Below are positions 49,787 to 60,910 of a stretch of DNA of 64,000 nt, one piece after another. The translations under genes were made by a program, and so were the position numbers. Position 1 is the first letter of the stretch; every line of letters starts with the position of its first letter. The notes beneath the pieces are model-generated. The model was not told the origin of the DNA, made no database searches, and saw only the letters and a list, made by a program, of their open reading frames with translations. The stretch is from a virus (lineage: Duplodnaviria > Caudoviricetes): the IMG/VR virus record IMGVR_UViG_2596583697_000001, positions 1 through 64,000 of that record, one strand, 5' to 3'.

Positions 49787-50482
49787 ATACAATATAAAGC
49801 CTAAACGACAAGCGTTCTGTCGGGTGCAATTCCTGACTAGGCTCTCAACAAGTGGATCACTTGTTTCCATTATGAACGGACATAGGCTCATGAGTAGCAA
49901 CGCCTCATAGTTGTGCTACCAATGGTAGTTTGTACACCTACCATATAAAACAGATTGTACACGCAATGGAGCATCGAAAACGGCGTACACTTTTCAGAGG
50001 CCGTCAACCTACGTAGAACGGCAAGAAAATGCAGGTAGGGAGCGAACATAATGAATAAAACTAGGGAACACATCCTATTATAGGGTGCCTGATATTAAAA
50101 AGCCTAGATACTTCCTAAGTTGCCATAAAGGGTAACGAAAACAAATAAGCCGGAATGAGAGAGCCGGAGCAAGGGAGCACAATGACCCCATGAAAGTGCA
50201 ACTCTCATGGAATCAAAAATAAGCGTTGTAGCTTGTACATAAGCAAACGGAATAACCAAAAAGAGCCTGACTACTCGCAATAGTCAGACCCTTTGGGAAC
50301 ACATAGAAATGTGATCACTTTACTGATGATATATCATATCACACTTCTATGAAATATTCAAGTCAGAATATGCTTTCTATTGAATAGCACCTTGACAACT
50401 AAAGAAGTGGTTATAATAGAGTGTAGTAATAGTGTTACTTTTTTGATATAATAAGTACATTCTATAACAAGGTGGTGTAAGT

Positions 50483-50695
50483 ATGGCAATTAAATCCAAT
50501 GAAGAATTAACACAAGCTATTGAAAAAATTATTGAGGATAACGGCATAAAAAAAACATGGCTTTCCGAGAAAATGGGAATTGCCAATCAAAACGTTAATC
50601 GGCTAATCAATAAAAAAAGCATGTCACTTGATGATGCAAATAAGATATTAAAACAGCTTGGATACAGTGCTACAATATCAATCGAAAAAGATTGA
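50483..50695 (+). CDS. XRE/Cro-like HTH protein
   Basis: GIKKTWLSEKMGIANQNVNRLINK..SLDDANKIL. Confidence 0.85.
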   Translation: MAIKSNEELTQAIEKIIEDNGIKKTWLSEKMGIANQNVNRLINKKSMSLDDANKILKQLGYSATISIEKD

Positions 50696-50714
50696 AAAAA
50701 TAATCGAAAAACGA

Positions 50715-50743
50715 TTGACATTCTCCCTTGCCTGTGTTATACT
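50715..50743 (+). promoter_or_regulatory. Strong sigmaA promoter
   Basis: TTGACA-17-TATACT with TG, followed by a CAAGTTAA motif like that after the 49547 promoter. Confidence 0.75.
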
Positions 50744-51683
50744 TAATACAAGTTAAGGGAAGTAAGTAAAATAAAAGACTGGCTGCACACTCCGCAAAAA
50801 GTTTCAGCCAGTCAAAGGATCAAAGCAATTTTACTTGCCATTGATACATTCTATTATAACCATTTCTTTGGTTCAAGTCAATGAAAAATCCCAAAACAAA
50901 AATGAACTATTAATGTATGGTCAAGTGGTGTGCTTACCATATAGCAACAAGGCAGATTAATACGGACTGCAAACGAGGTAAAAGAAATCTTAATTGGTTC
51001 ATTAACCAACCTCATGTTTGAGATCGTTAAAGGATAACAACGAAAAATAGTTATCATGGTTCCGGCCATCTGGCAACGTCCAGGAGAACAGACTAAACCT
51101 GTTTAGACGTTGTGGAATACCATCCAAACCGGAAAAGCAGAATATAAGCCTGAAAATATGGCTAGAGTTTGGCAAGTACTGAATCTGAACTTGTGACCTG
51201 TGGTGGTATGGTGCCAGTAGCGGGAGTGAGAGACTATAACTATCTTAATGGAAAAGTCATGTGATCTTTCAATTAACCGTATGGGGGTAGGAATACGGCG
51301 AAAAGTGACATATGAAAACCTTATTGATTGTTATTAGTAAACCACGGAGCAGGAAGGCAAGAATACGCACCTGATTATATATTTCCCAGAGGTAGAGACT
51401 GGACAAGCAGAGAACGGAATAACAGTAATTAATTTTAGTATCTATTATGCAGACGAAAACAGAAACAAACGTGAGACGTTATAAAAGAATCCTAACCACA
51501 GCCAAACGGGACATACGGCAAACTTTTATAATTAGTTATATCCCTTGAAAAATTCTATTCTCGCCTGTATAAGTACTTACTGAAGTGAGTAAATATACAA
51601 TTCGAAAGGAGAAACCCTAAAATATTAGTGATTATTCACTTTACAAAAGTTATCACATATGATAATATTAAGCAAAAGAGGAG

Positions 51684-52052
51684 GTGAATATAATTTTTGA
51701 ACTAGATTTTTACATGAAAGAAAACGGAAGTGTGCCAGTACAAGAATTTTTGTATTCACTTTCACCTAAGTTACGAGCAAAGGCATTCAGAGACATTGAA
51801 TTATTGCAAGAAATTGGAAACGAATTAAAAGAACCATATGTAAAACCCTTGAAAGGTAAAGATAATAAGGGATTGTATGAGTTGAGAATAAAATTTGCTT
51901 CTGACATAGCACGTATATTTTATTTTACATGTCATAATAATAAGTATATATTATTGCATGGATTTATAAAGAAATCAATAACAACACCGCCTGGAGAAAT
52001 TGACAAGGCTAGAAAATATATGGCTGATTATAAAAGGAGGTTAAGCATATGA
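51684..52052 (+). CDS. RelE/HigB (Gp49-like) toxin
   Basis: PVQEFL, EPYVKPL, GLYELRI, ARIFYF, LLHGFIKK..TPPGEI. Confidence 0.9.
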   Translation: MNIIFELDFYMKENGSVPVQEFLYSLSPKLRAKAFRDIELLQEIGNELKEPYVKPLKGKDNKGLYELRIKFASDIARIFYFTCHNNKYILLHGFIKKSITTPPGEIDKARKYMADYKRRLSI

Positions 52053-52333
52053 ATAAAGTAGGTATTTCTTTTGATAAAATGAAAGAAGATCTGTTGAAGG
52101 ATAGCGAGTTTAAGACAGAATACGACAAATTAGCACCAAGATACGAGGCTATTAAACAGATTATAACAGCAAGAAAAGAGCAAAATATCACACAAGAAGA
52201 ACTTGCTAAAAGGGTAGGGACTCAAAAAAGTAATATTTCAAGGCTTGAAAGTGGAAATTACAATCCTTCATTAGACTTTTTAACAAAAGTCGCTGCTTCT
52301 TTAGGAAAAAGTTTACAAGTGCAACTTAAGTAA
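52049..52333 (+). CDS. HigA-like XRE antitoxin
   Basis: ITQEELAKRVGTQKSNISRLESG..NPSLDFL; overlaps the toxin stop; TTATCA-CATA-TGATAA operator in the promoter. Confidence 0.9.
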   Translation: MNKVGISFDKMKEDLLKDSEFKTEYDKLAPRYEAIKQIITARKEQNITQEELAKRVGTQKSNISRLESGNYNPSLDFLTKVAASLGKSLQVQLK

Positions 52334-52437
52334 ACGAGGGAAGAAACATAATTTTAATAAGCTATAGTAATTTAAAGGGTATAGGCTAATCGCTTATATC
52401 CTTTTTATATTAAGAAAAATAGGAGGAAGGCAAAACA

Positions 52438-53328
52438 ATGAATGCAAATGAATTATTAGAAAGCAAGGAATTACGCGAAAAGTTAGTTGTAAAGGTAGAA
52501 ATTTTAGAGAAGGTTAAGAAATTGCTCCTTATTCCTGGCACTGAATTAGCAACGATTAAACAGGTTGCAGAATTTTATGAAGTAGAGGAAGACACGGTTA
52601 AAAAGTTGGTATTCCGGAATCTTGAAGAGTTAGAAGAAGATGGACTTATATCTTATTCTGGTAAAGAAACCAAGGAGTTTTTTGATAGAGACAATATGTC
52701 CCTTTCAAACTTAAGAGGTGGTTTTGAAGTAAATGGAATACGTTTTAGCAATAGGGGTAATAAATTATTCCCTCGTCGTGCAATTCTACGCATAGGAATG
52801 TTACTTAGAGATTCAGCCGTTGCAAAGGAGATCCGAACTCAACTACTTAATATAGAAGAAAAGGCAACTCCTGAAGTAAAAACCATGGATATCAACGAGG
52901 AACAATCCCTTGCCTTATCCGTTGGAATGGCATATGCAAGCGGAAACCCAGACGCTATTATGATAGCTACCACTAAAATGATGGACTTTAAGAACCGGCA
53001 CATTGCAAGGTTGAACGAGTCTAACAATGCTCTGGCAAATGGTATCCTGGCATGGGAAGACAGAAGCAGGATCAATTTTGCAGTCCGTAAGATGGCAGCT
53101 TATGCCCACATTACAGTGGGTAAAGCATGGAGCGAGTTGTACAAGCAGTTAAAGAATGGTTTCCATATTGATTTACAGAGCAGAGGAAAACAGCCATGGA
53201 TACAACACGTAGATGAAAAAGAATGGCAATGCGTGATTAAAGCATTTTCTGCCTTATGCAAGTATTACGAGTTGGAGCCTAGCGAAATGTTCCATGACTT
53301 AAAAATTGAAGAAGAAACGAAAGTTTGA
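52438..53328 (+). CDS. Phage antirepressor-like DNA-binding protein
   Basis: ATIKQVAEFYEV and LFPRRAILRIGMLLRDSAVAKEIR motifs. Confidence 0.65.
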   Translation: MNANELLESKELREKLVVKVEILEKVKKLLLIPGTELATIKQVAEFYEVEEDTVKKLVFRNLEELEEDGLISYSGKETKEFFDRDNMSLSNLRGGFEVNGIRFSNRGNKLFPRRAILRIGMLLRDSAVAKEIRTQLLNIEEKATPEVKTMDINEEQSLALSVGMAYASGNPDAIMIATTKMMDFKNRHIARLNESNNALANGILAWEDRSRINFAVRKMAAYAHITVGKAWSELYKQLKNGFHIDLQSRGKQPWIQHVDEKEWQCVIKAFSALCKYYELEPSEMFHDLKIEEETKV

Positions 53329-53394
53329 ACAAAGGATTTGTAACGGTCAAATGTTGCAGATCCATTTTTAATTAAATAAACAGGAGGTTTTACT

Positions 53395-53568
53395 ATGAAA
53401 AACAAATTTTTAGTAACTGCACTTATAATAAGTGCTTTTTTATTAGGCAGATTTACAAATATCAATACGGACACCATAGACATGAACAAAGTAGTCAATA
53501 TCCAGGCTAACGATTACGGCGCACAGATAACCCTTCTGGACGGCAATGGCTACTATTGGGAAAGGTAG
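53395..53568 (+). CDS. Small membrane/secreted protein (not in ORF track)
   Basis: AGGAGG RBS; MKNKFLVTALIISAFLLGRF...DGNGYYWER. Confidence 0.65.
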   Translation: MKNKFLVTALIISAFLLGRFTNINTDTIDMNKVVNIQANDYGAQITLLDGNGYYWER

Positions 53569-53575
53569 GGGGATT

Positions 53576-54034
53576 ATGAGAAAATACAACACATCTAATT
53601 GTCTGCCAAGTATAGCGAAAATGAAAAAGTCATTTCCTGAATTAGTAGAGAACAAAAAGGATTTTACTAACAACAAAAAATATCTGTACGATTTTTCAAT
53701 GCTTAATGGCAAAATTCCGACTGACATTATGGAATCGATTTACGACCAGGCCATGAAACAAACTGGCATTATAGATTGTTTTGCTGTATGTGACGCTGTA
53801 TCAAGCACAGAGGACAAGAAGTATTTTGTCTATCTGGACTTTATCCCATACAAGGTAATAAACAAAAATACAGGCAGAACAAGTTATTGTGTCATGGAAC
53901 TATCGGCTATACGAATATCAGTCTATGACATGAATGTATACGGCTATGCAGAGAATATCCAAGCGGATTATATAGAAGCTGGTCACTGGAAAGAGAGCAC
54001 TTTGACATATATCAACGATATAGAAGTGGCATAG
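53576..54034 (+). CDS. Hypothetical early protein
   Basis: MRKYNTS..., RBS-like AGGGGG. Confidence 0.6.
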   Translation: MRKYNTSNCLPSIAKMKKSFPELVENKKDFTNNKKYLYDFSMLNGKIPTDIMESIYDQAMKQTGIIDCFAVCDAVSSTEDKKYFVYLDFIPYKVINKNTGRTSYCVMELSAIRISVYDMNVYGYAENIQADYIEAGHWKESTLTYINDIEVA

Positions 54035-54062
54035 ATTATCCATTTCATAGGGAGGTAAGGAT

Positions 54063-54236
54063 ATGAAACCTGTTGATTATTTGATAACTGATTTACAGAG
54101 AATGAAGGATAAAAGAGAAAATATCTGTAAGGAACTTGGTAATGGATACGATTGGATGCTAGTTGAAAGTTTAATATCCATTGAAAATAAAATTAAACAG
54201 ACAGCCGAGAGGATCGACAAAATGCAAAACCTATAA
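54063..54236 (+). CDS. Small hypothetical protein (not in ORF track)
   Basis: GGAGGT RBS; MKPVDYLITDLQRM... Confidence 0.65.
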   Translation: MKPVDYLITDLQRMKDKRENICKELGNGYDWMLVESLISIENKIKQTAERIDKMQNL

Positions 54237-54269
54237 AACGATTATTTCATGATAGGGAGATAAAAAGAT

Positions 54270-54500
54270 ATGAAAAGAAAATGGGAAATAGTACATGATT
54301 GCGATGGAGACAACGGAGAACCTACTTGCTGGGTTTTAGAAGTAAATCATAACGATTATGGAAAATTTATCTGGATAACGGATTCTGCGTTAGGGTTTGA
54401 TATTGAATACAAAAGTAAATACAGTAATGATATTACTCCTCTTATAACATGTAAAACCTTAACATCTGCAAAAAGATGGGTATCAATAAATATAAGATGA
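54270..54500 (+). CDS. Hypothetical early protein
   Basis: WEIVHDCD...CKTLTSAKRWV. Confidence 0.7.
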   Translation: MKRKWEIVHDCDGDNGEPTCWVLEVNHNDYGKFIWITDSALGFDIEYKSKYSNDITPLITCKTLTSAKRWVSINIR

Positions 54501-54527
54501 AAACCGAATTTTAAGGAGGAAGTTGTT

Positions 54528-54680
54528 ATGCACGGATATGACGTTTATTTCAAAGGTGGAATGAGAGTTTTTGTATCATCTAGCACCCCCAAAGAGGCCA
54601 TTCAAAAGGCAAAAATTAAATTTCCCGGAATGGAGGTTATTGGACATAGTCTTAAATGTATAAAAACAAATATTGTTTAA
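54528..54680 (+). CDS. Small hypothetical protein (not in ORF track)
   Basis: AAGGAGG RBS; MHGYDVYFKGG... Confidence 0.6.
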   Translation: MHGYDVYFKGGMRVFVSSSTPKEAIQKAKIKFPGMEVIGHSLKCIKTNIV

Positions 54681-54694
54681 TGTAAATAATATCA

Positions 54695-54767
54695 GCAGAG
54701 TGGAACGGCTTACATAGCCGTTTTAATGCACATGGCAAAGCCATACGGTCACAAGTCCGTAAGCATT
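54695..54767 (+). ncRNA. Twister ribozyme, circularly permuted
   Basis: GCA-GAGUG-[P1 GAACGGCU/AGCCGUUU]-UAA-UGC-AC-[P3 AUGGC/GCCAU]-[P4 ACGG-UCACAAGU-CCGU]; pseudoknots CAC/GUG and AC/GU. Confidence 0.7.
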
Positions 54768-54787
54768 AAGGAATGGGGGATTAAACA

Positions 54788-54946
54788 ATGAAAAATTACA
54801 AGGTAACTTTTGAGAGAAGCAATAAAACTATTGGATCAGATGTTTTTACAGCAAATTCCAGACAGGGAGCAGGACATGAATTTAAAGAATGTTATCGACA
54901 TGATGTGTATAAAATTTTATCAATAGAGGAAGTCGAGGAACAATAA
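54788..54946 (+). CDS. Small hypothetical protein (not in ORF track)
   Basis: MKNYKVTFERSNKTIGSDVF...YKILSIEEV. Confidence 0.6.
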   Translation: MKNYKVTFERSNKTIGSDVFTANSRQGAGHEFKECYRHDVYKILSIEEVEEQ

Positions 54947-54979
54947 AATTCTTATTTCAAATTGAAAGGATAAAGAAAA

Positions 54980-57900
54980 ATGAACGATGTGGGATATGAT
55001 ACAAGTTTAAAATACAAGGGTTCATATGCTGAGATAAGCGTAAAAACTGCGACACAAGACGGATTAAAGAACTTAAAACCATACTATGAGGGGGCGATAG
55101 CCTATCATACAAAAGAAAATAACAAAAGTCAAATCGCCTTCTTTTCAGAGGGATTGAATCTTATTAATAAAAGACTAAATTAACAATGAATCTATTCATT
55201 CTTTTGAAAATATGGAGGCAAAAACATATGAGTTACGATATACAGTTGGTTAATAAAGAAGATGTAAGGATAGGTGACACAATTCTATGTAATGATGGAA
55301 ATATAAGAACAGTGTGCCGAAATAACATTACTAGCGGATTTATGGGGTCGTGTTTATTTGGCGAGTCCTATCGGTTAGGGCAAGAAAGAGTTAAAAAAAT
55401 AGTCAATCTGAAATATTAATAAATTTTATTTCCAGTCATAAGCCATTAGAGAATATAACTCTAGTGGCTTTTATAGTGGGTATAACACGAAGAAAAAACA
55501 TATGGAGGATATTATCATGAGAAAAGAATATACAGTAGAACAGATGGCAGGTGCAAGATGGTTTTATACATTCACAGAACCTAATGCAAAAGGTGAAAAG
55601 ATAGTGATGGAGCTAAGCAAATGTATTAATCCAGGTGGAAGTAATGCAATTCCTGTATTATGGAATAAACATGGATATATGGATAGGGTTCTGGAAACAT
55701 ATTGGAGTATTCAAACTTATGTGACAGATACAGAGGGATATTGTTATGGAATGTATAATCCTCAAGAGAAACCAGGAAGATATGAAATAAATTTCGATTG
55801 GATATTTGAAGCAACAGAAGAGAACAAAGAAAAGTTAATTGATGAAGTTTATAAATTGGCATCGTCAGCATATGGAGAAACAGCAACAGAGAGGAAGCAC
55901 AGAAAAATTAAAGAATTTGCAGCCAAGGAAAAAGTTGAACTTTTAACAGAGATTCCGGAAGGGTGGAAGAAATTAAAAGGATCGATGACTGCACCTTACG
56001 GATCTGTGTGGGTATCTAACAAGGAACCATTTAAAAGTGGAAACAGAAAAACAGCATTATTGTTAGTTTGTTAAACTATTTTAGAAAATAGAGGTATTAA
56101 AGATGAAAAAATATACGAGAAAAAATTTTTCTGCATATTTGTCTGATTGTGACTATAAAGGTTACAGAACATATGCATGGATTGAAAATTTAACTATAAA
56201 ATATTTTTATCTGCAAACAGTAGAGGACTACACAAAGACCTTTGAGACTCTTGCAGATTTGTATGATTATATTGATAACAAGTAAAAAGTATGGGAAGGC
56301 GGTAAAAAATATGAAAACTATAAAGGTGATTTTTGAAAAAGGTAACAGCTTCACAACAAGAATTAATGGGACAGAAGACGAAATAAAAGCTTATTATGTT
56401 GGGAAGGTCTTTAACTTGGGTTGTGTGGAAGACGATTTACAGAAAGTAATAGGGGTTGAATTTTTATGAATTGCGGATGAAAAGTAAGTTTCATTTAGAA
56501 TGGAGGATTAAAAATCATGACAAACGCATTATTTAATCGTGGGGAAAATGGTCATATGTCAATGCGTGATATGGATCTTGAATGGTTGCGTAAACAGGCA
56601 TATTTAAAATGTAGTTTTGAAAATGCTGATATTAAAAAGATTGATAAAATCGTCAACGGAATTAAGGCAGGTAAAATTAATAAAAGCAATTTATTTGACG
56701 AAGTGCGGAAGCTAACGAAGAATGTAACAAGTGATCATTCTATAGGAAGATGGCAGTGCATTACAGAGTGGTTCAATGATACGGAATGGTTTTGAAGGTA
56801 ATGTTTACGAATCAGAATAAAATGCACGTTTAATGGTGAGTAATCGGAGAATATATATCTGGTTGCTTTTTTTATGTTCAAAACCAGGAAGGGGATTGTA
56901 ATGGACGAAAACATAATCATATGCCCAAATTGTAGCCGAAAATTAAGTATCATCAGAAAAGATGGGAATATAAGGAAAGAAATTCATTGTAGATGCCGTG
57001 ATAAATATGGGCACACGATGATCCAATGGGTATCTGGAGCAGGCTATCATTACTTTAGCAATGAAATGGAATGGATTCCAGTTATACACGGGTAAATAAA
57101 ATACATGATTTATTAGGAGGTAAAAATATATGAGTTATTATAGGAATTGGAAATGCTACAGCTATGGCTTATGTGGAAGTGATAGAGAATATGATTATCA
57201 GGAGCTTAAAGAATACTTTGAAATTGATGGTAGTGACGTTGCATATTGTAAAACAAATATTTTGGAATATAAAGCTGGCAACTATTATAGCATTCTCGCC
57301 GGTGGACAACTCAATGGTAAAGAATACGGATTTGTTATACTGGAAAGATGAAAGGAAAATTTCAAGGGAGGATATATTTTGAATAGAAATAAAATTACTT
57401 TATTCGGTGAAAAGAGCAATGTAGTTATTAAAAAGACTGGCTTATTATCCTATGGAGTATATCAAAATGGAACGCTTCTTGCAAAGTCACGAAAATTCAA
57501 GGCATACCAAAATGATATTTTAAGGATTATGTATACTGGAATTGCTTTCGGAACAGGTGATTATATTCTTGAAGCAGAAAGTATGAGCGGGATAAAAGAA
57601 ATTTATAGATGGAAAGGTTAAGATAAAAGATTTTAATGGAGGTCTTATTATGAGTTTAATTGAATATAGGAGTAATGATATTGATATGAGCGCATTTAAA
57701 GAAGATTTAAAATATTGGAGTAATTGTTGTGGGGAATTACATCACCATGGAGAATATGATATAGAAGAATTTGATTTGCCACAAGAGTTAAAGCGGGCAT
57801 ATACAGACTTATGGACTGAAGGTGGTGGCTCTTTATGCTATCTTGTTGAATACAAAGGCTTATATGGAATTGCCTTAATTAATGAATTTGATGATTGGTT

Positions 57901-59687
57901 CGCAGAAGATGAGGGAGTGTCCATGGATTCTCTTTATGAACAAATGAAACAGAAGGCCAATTCTTTAATTGATAATGATTTATTTAAAGAATCTCAAATT
58001 ATATGTTCCGAATATGCTGGTTTCAATGAATGTCATGAATTAATAGTTATTCTGCCTACTTATATAGAAGAAGATATATTTAATAGAATCATGGATTATC
58101 TTGATAAAACAGTTTATGGATTGAAATTGTAATTTAATTAGAAAGGGTAAAGGCAAAAAGCATGATTAAAATGATTGTAAGATATAGAGTAATGAGCGAA
58201 GTCAGAAGATTAATTAATATTGCAAAAGAAAAGGTTACTAGTGGAGGAGATGAATACGAATGGTTTGATTATGTAAATAAGTACCTTGATTTTATCTGGA
58301 ATGCTAAATTAATCAATAAGAAAAATATAGATATTTTGTGGAGAGAATTGCAAGATGCAACAAATGAAAAATAGATTTTATAAGCATATAAAAATATGGA
58401 GGTAAAAGGGTGAGTGAAAATATGAAGTTTGGAGAGAACACATATAAACAAATGATATATTTATGCAGACAAGATAAATTAACACCTGATGGAAAAGTTA
58501 GATTCAACGTAGGGTTGAAATGGCAACCTATAAATGAAAATTGGAAACCTTATTGTATAAGTGACTTACCCAATACTGTTGATAATGGAGAGGATGCAAA
58601 ACAGTTTACAGGAAGACAAAGGAAAAATGCTATTATATATGCAAAAGAATTGAAGCAAAAATACAATTTAGAAATAGACGAATCTCTTATATAGAAAATA
58701 CAATAGAAAACAGGTTTCATAGGTAGCGAAAGGAGAATAGAGAATAAATGAAAAAGTCAAAATTAGTATTGGAACTTAGCTGTTGCGTTGGTTACGGTTA
58801 TATGGCATATATTGAGTTTGGGGCGAAGGAAGCAGTTGTAGACTTTCTGAAAAATTTCTGTATGTGGGGAGGAAGCACAAAAACATTTAAAAGCTATAAC
58901 ATGTACGAATTATCAGAGGATGTGATGAAATTTATGACTACTAGATCGTTTAAATCGTGGTTGCTAAAGAACAATGTTGAGTTGCTTACAAAATACGAAG
59001 TAGAATATGATAGAGTCTTAAACGAAGTATTTTTACAAGCGTGACAATAGAAAGCACATTTTATAAACAGAGGAGAGAAAAATATAATGAAAAACGTATT
59101 TACGATTTATTTGATTATTAGCATCATAGCATTAAATATACTATTACTAAACATTAAAAAAGACAATGCCAGGCTAAAGACAATACTCAAGGAAGCACAT
59201 TATGCAACGCTTGCAGTAATATCATTTACTCCAATTATACACTTAATTGTCGTTGCATTATCGATTTTTAATAAAGGATCTATTGATATTTATGAAATGA
59301 CTAAGACATGGAAAGAGAGGGAATCATGATAAGCACTGTCAAAGATTATAACAACTCATACAGTTATCAACGAATGCACAAGAGAAAACAACGTAGAAAT
59401 TTCATAATATTGAACCGAATTATAGGAAGCATTTTACCGATGCTTTCTATTTTTTCACTCTTTATGATGTCTGATCAGTGTGGAAACTGGACATTTGCAG
59501 CTTTACTGATTATTATAAGCATGGCTTTATTTATGCAAACAAAAGGAGAATATTAAAAATGAGCAATGTAAAATTTCACTATCAGAAGAATAAGGAAGGG
59601 AAAATCGAAATGTATGCAAATGGTATATACATATCTACATTTGATAACTTTACGGAGATTTTCGCCTTACATAGTCTTTTATCTTAA
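54980..59687 (+). CDS. Run of ~15 short co-oriented hypothetical early genes (54980-55183, ~55228-55419, 55517-56074, 56103-56285, 56310-56469, 56517-56795, 56874-57095, 57130-57351, 57379-57621, 57650-58132, 58162-58374, 58410-58694, 58748-59044, 59087-59329, 59326-59556, 59559-59687)
   Basis: Mostly GGAGG-type RBSs, tightly packed; 59087 and 59326 are membrane proteins; no recognisable families. Confidence 0.65.
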
Positions 59688-59850
59688 TACATAGCCTTGT
59701 CGGTGATCCGGAAGGATAGGCCGTGCTGCAAAAGTAAACAAGGCATTCCCGGCAGTCTGAAAGTGATTGCTGCTTACCACAGGAGAATTAGTGGTTGATC
59801 TGGCATAGGTCACTAACCGCACATAATTAGCGGTAGATTATTAATAGGAG

Positions 59851-60048
59851 GTGTTTCGTATGGGGTATGGAGAATTAGAACAGTGTAAGGACTTTGGCAA
59901 GCTGAAGACGGTATTTGATAGTGATATGCTTGGATACTTTGAGAGGCAGCTAGAACGCTATTTAAATGGATCAGAAGATAGACCAGCGGTAGTATGTTGG
60001 TGGGAAGGTGTATTGAGTACAGAGGAATTTATAAGTCAATGTTCATAA
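59851..60048 (+). CDS. Hypothetical protein
   Basis: AGGAGGTG RBS. Confidence 0.6.
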   Translation: MFRMGYGELEQCKDFGKLKTVFDSDMLGYFERQLERYLNGSEDRPAVVCWWEGVLSTEEFISQCS

Positions 60049-60077
60049 ATATTATAAGAAAATAGGAGGATTATCAA

Positions 60078-60233
60078 ATGAGCTATGAAAAATTTAAACC
60101 AGAAGAAGTAATTGATATTTTAACACAGTTTCAAAAGTATTTGACGGAGGGTAAAGAACTTGAATGCAAACCTACAGAACTTCTTGGAGCCGTAGAATAT
60201 GCAAAAGAGACAGTAAAAATGCTAAAACAGTAA
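60078..60233 (+). CDS. Small hypothetical protein (not in ORF track)
   Basis: AGGAGG RBS; MSYEKFKPEEVIDIL... Confidence 0.6.
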   Translation: MSYEKFKPEEVIDILTQFQKYLTEGKELECKPTELLGAVEYAKETVKMLKQ

Positions 60234-60298
60234 TAGAAGTGTGCTTTCATTTGGAGAATATTCTAGTGAAACTAGAAAACCAAATGAAAGGAGTTTAA

Positions 60299-60859
60299 AT
60301 GCCAAGAAAGAAGAAGGGCAATAATTACATAATTGATAAAGAGAACAATATTGCCAAAATAGAGTTGAGAAGAAGGGGTAAAGAAAATTTATGGACGGTT
60401 GTTGATATTGAAGATTTACGGCGAATATTAGGTTTTCCGTATAGTTGGTTTTCGAAATATGACCCACATATAAATGATTTTTATTCAGTTTCCACTGAAT
60501 ATTTATACTTTGATAATAAAAAGCCTATAAATAGACCGGTGTATTTACATCAATATATTATGAGGGCAGAAGGGAGGATAATTGATCATATAAATAACAA
60601 CACTTTAGATAATCGAAAAAGTAATCTGCGAATTGCGCCAGATGCGAATAACTCTAAAAATCGAAAGGGAAGAAATCGCAATAACAAATCGGGGTACAGA
60701 AATGTATCGAGATTTGATAATCAGTGGTATGTCCAGCTACAGGTTGATGGTAAAAATACATGTTTGGGAAAATTTCCTTTAGATAATCTTGATGATGCCG
60801 TAAAATTTGCAGAAGAAATGAGACAAAAATATTATGGCGAGTACGCTGGAAATGCGTAG
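60299..60859 (+). CDS. HNH-AP2 homing-type endonuclease
   Basis: YLHQYIM..IDHINNNTLDNRKSNLR..N..N; SGYRNVS AP2-like C-terminus. Confidence 0.9.
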   Translation: MPRKKKGNNYIIDKENNIAKIELRRRGKENLWTVVDIEDLRRILGFPYSWFSKYDPHINDFYSVSTEYLYFDNKKPINRPVYLHQYIMRAEGRIIDHINNNTLDNRKSNLRIAPDANNSKNRKGRNRNNKSGYRNVSRFDNQWYVQLQVDGKNTCLGKFPLDNLDDAVKFAEEMRQKYYGEYAGNA

Positions 60860-60910
60860 CTGCCAACGAAAGAGATATTTTAACTATAAAAAGTAAAAGG
60901 AGAATGTGAA

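Noticed and set aside
49800-51620. Group II intron or CRISPR array
   Set aside because: No domain V (AGC/CGC triad hairpin) or RT ORF; no repeat-spacer periodicity anywhere in the window
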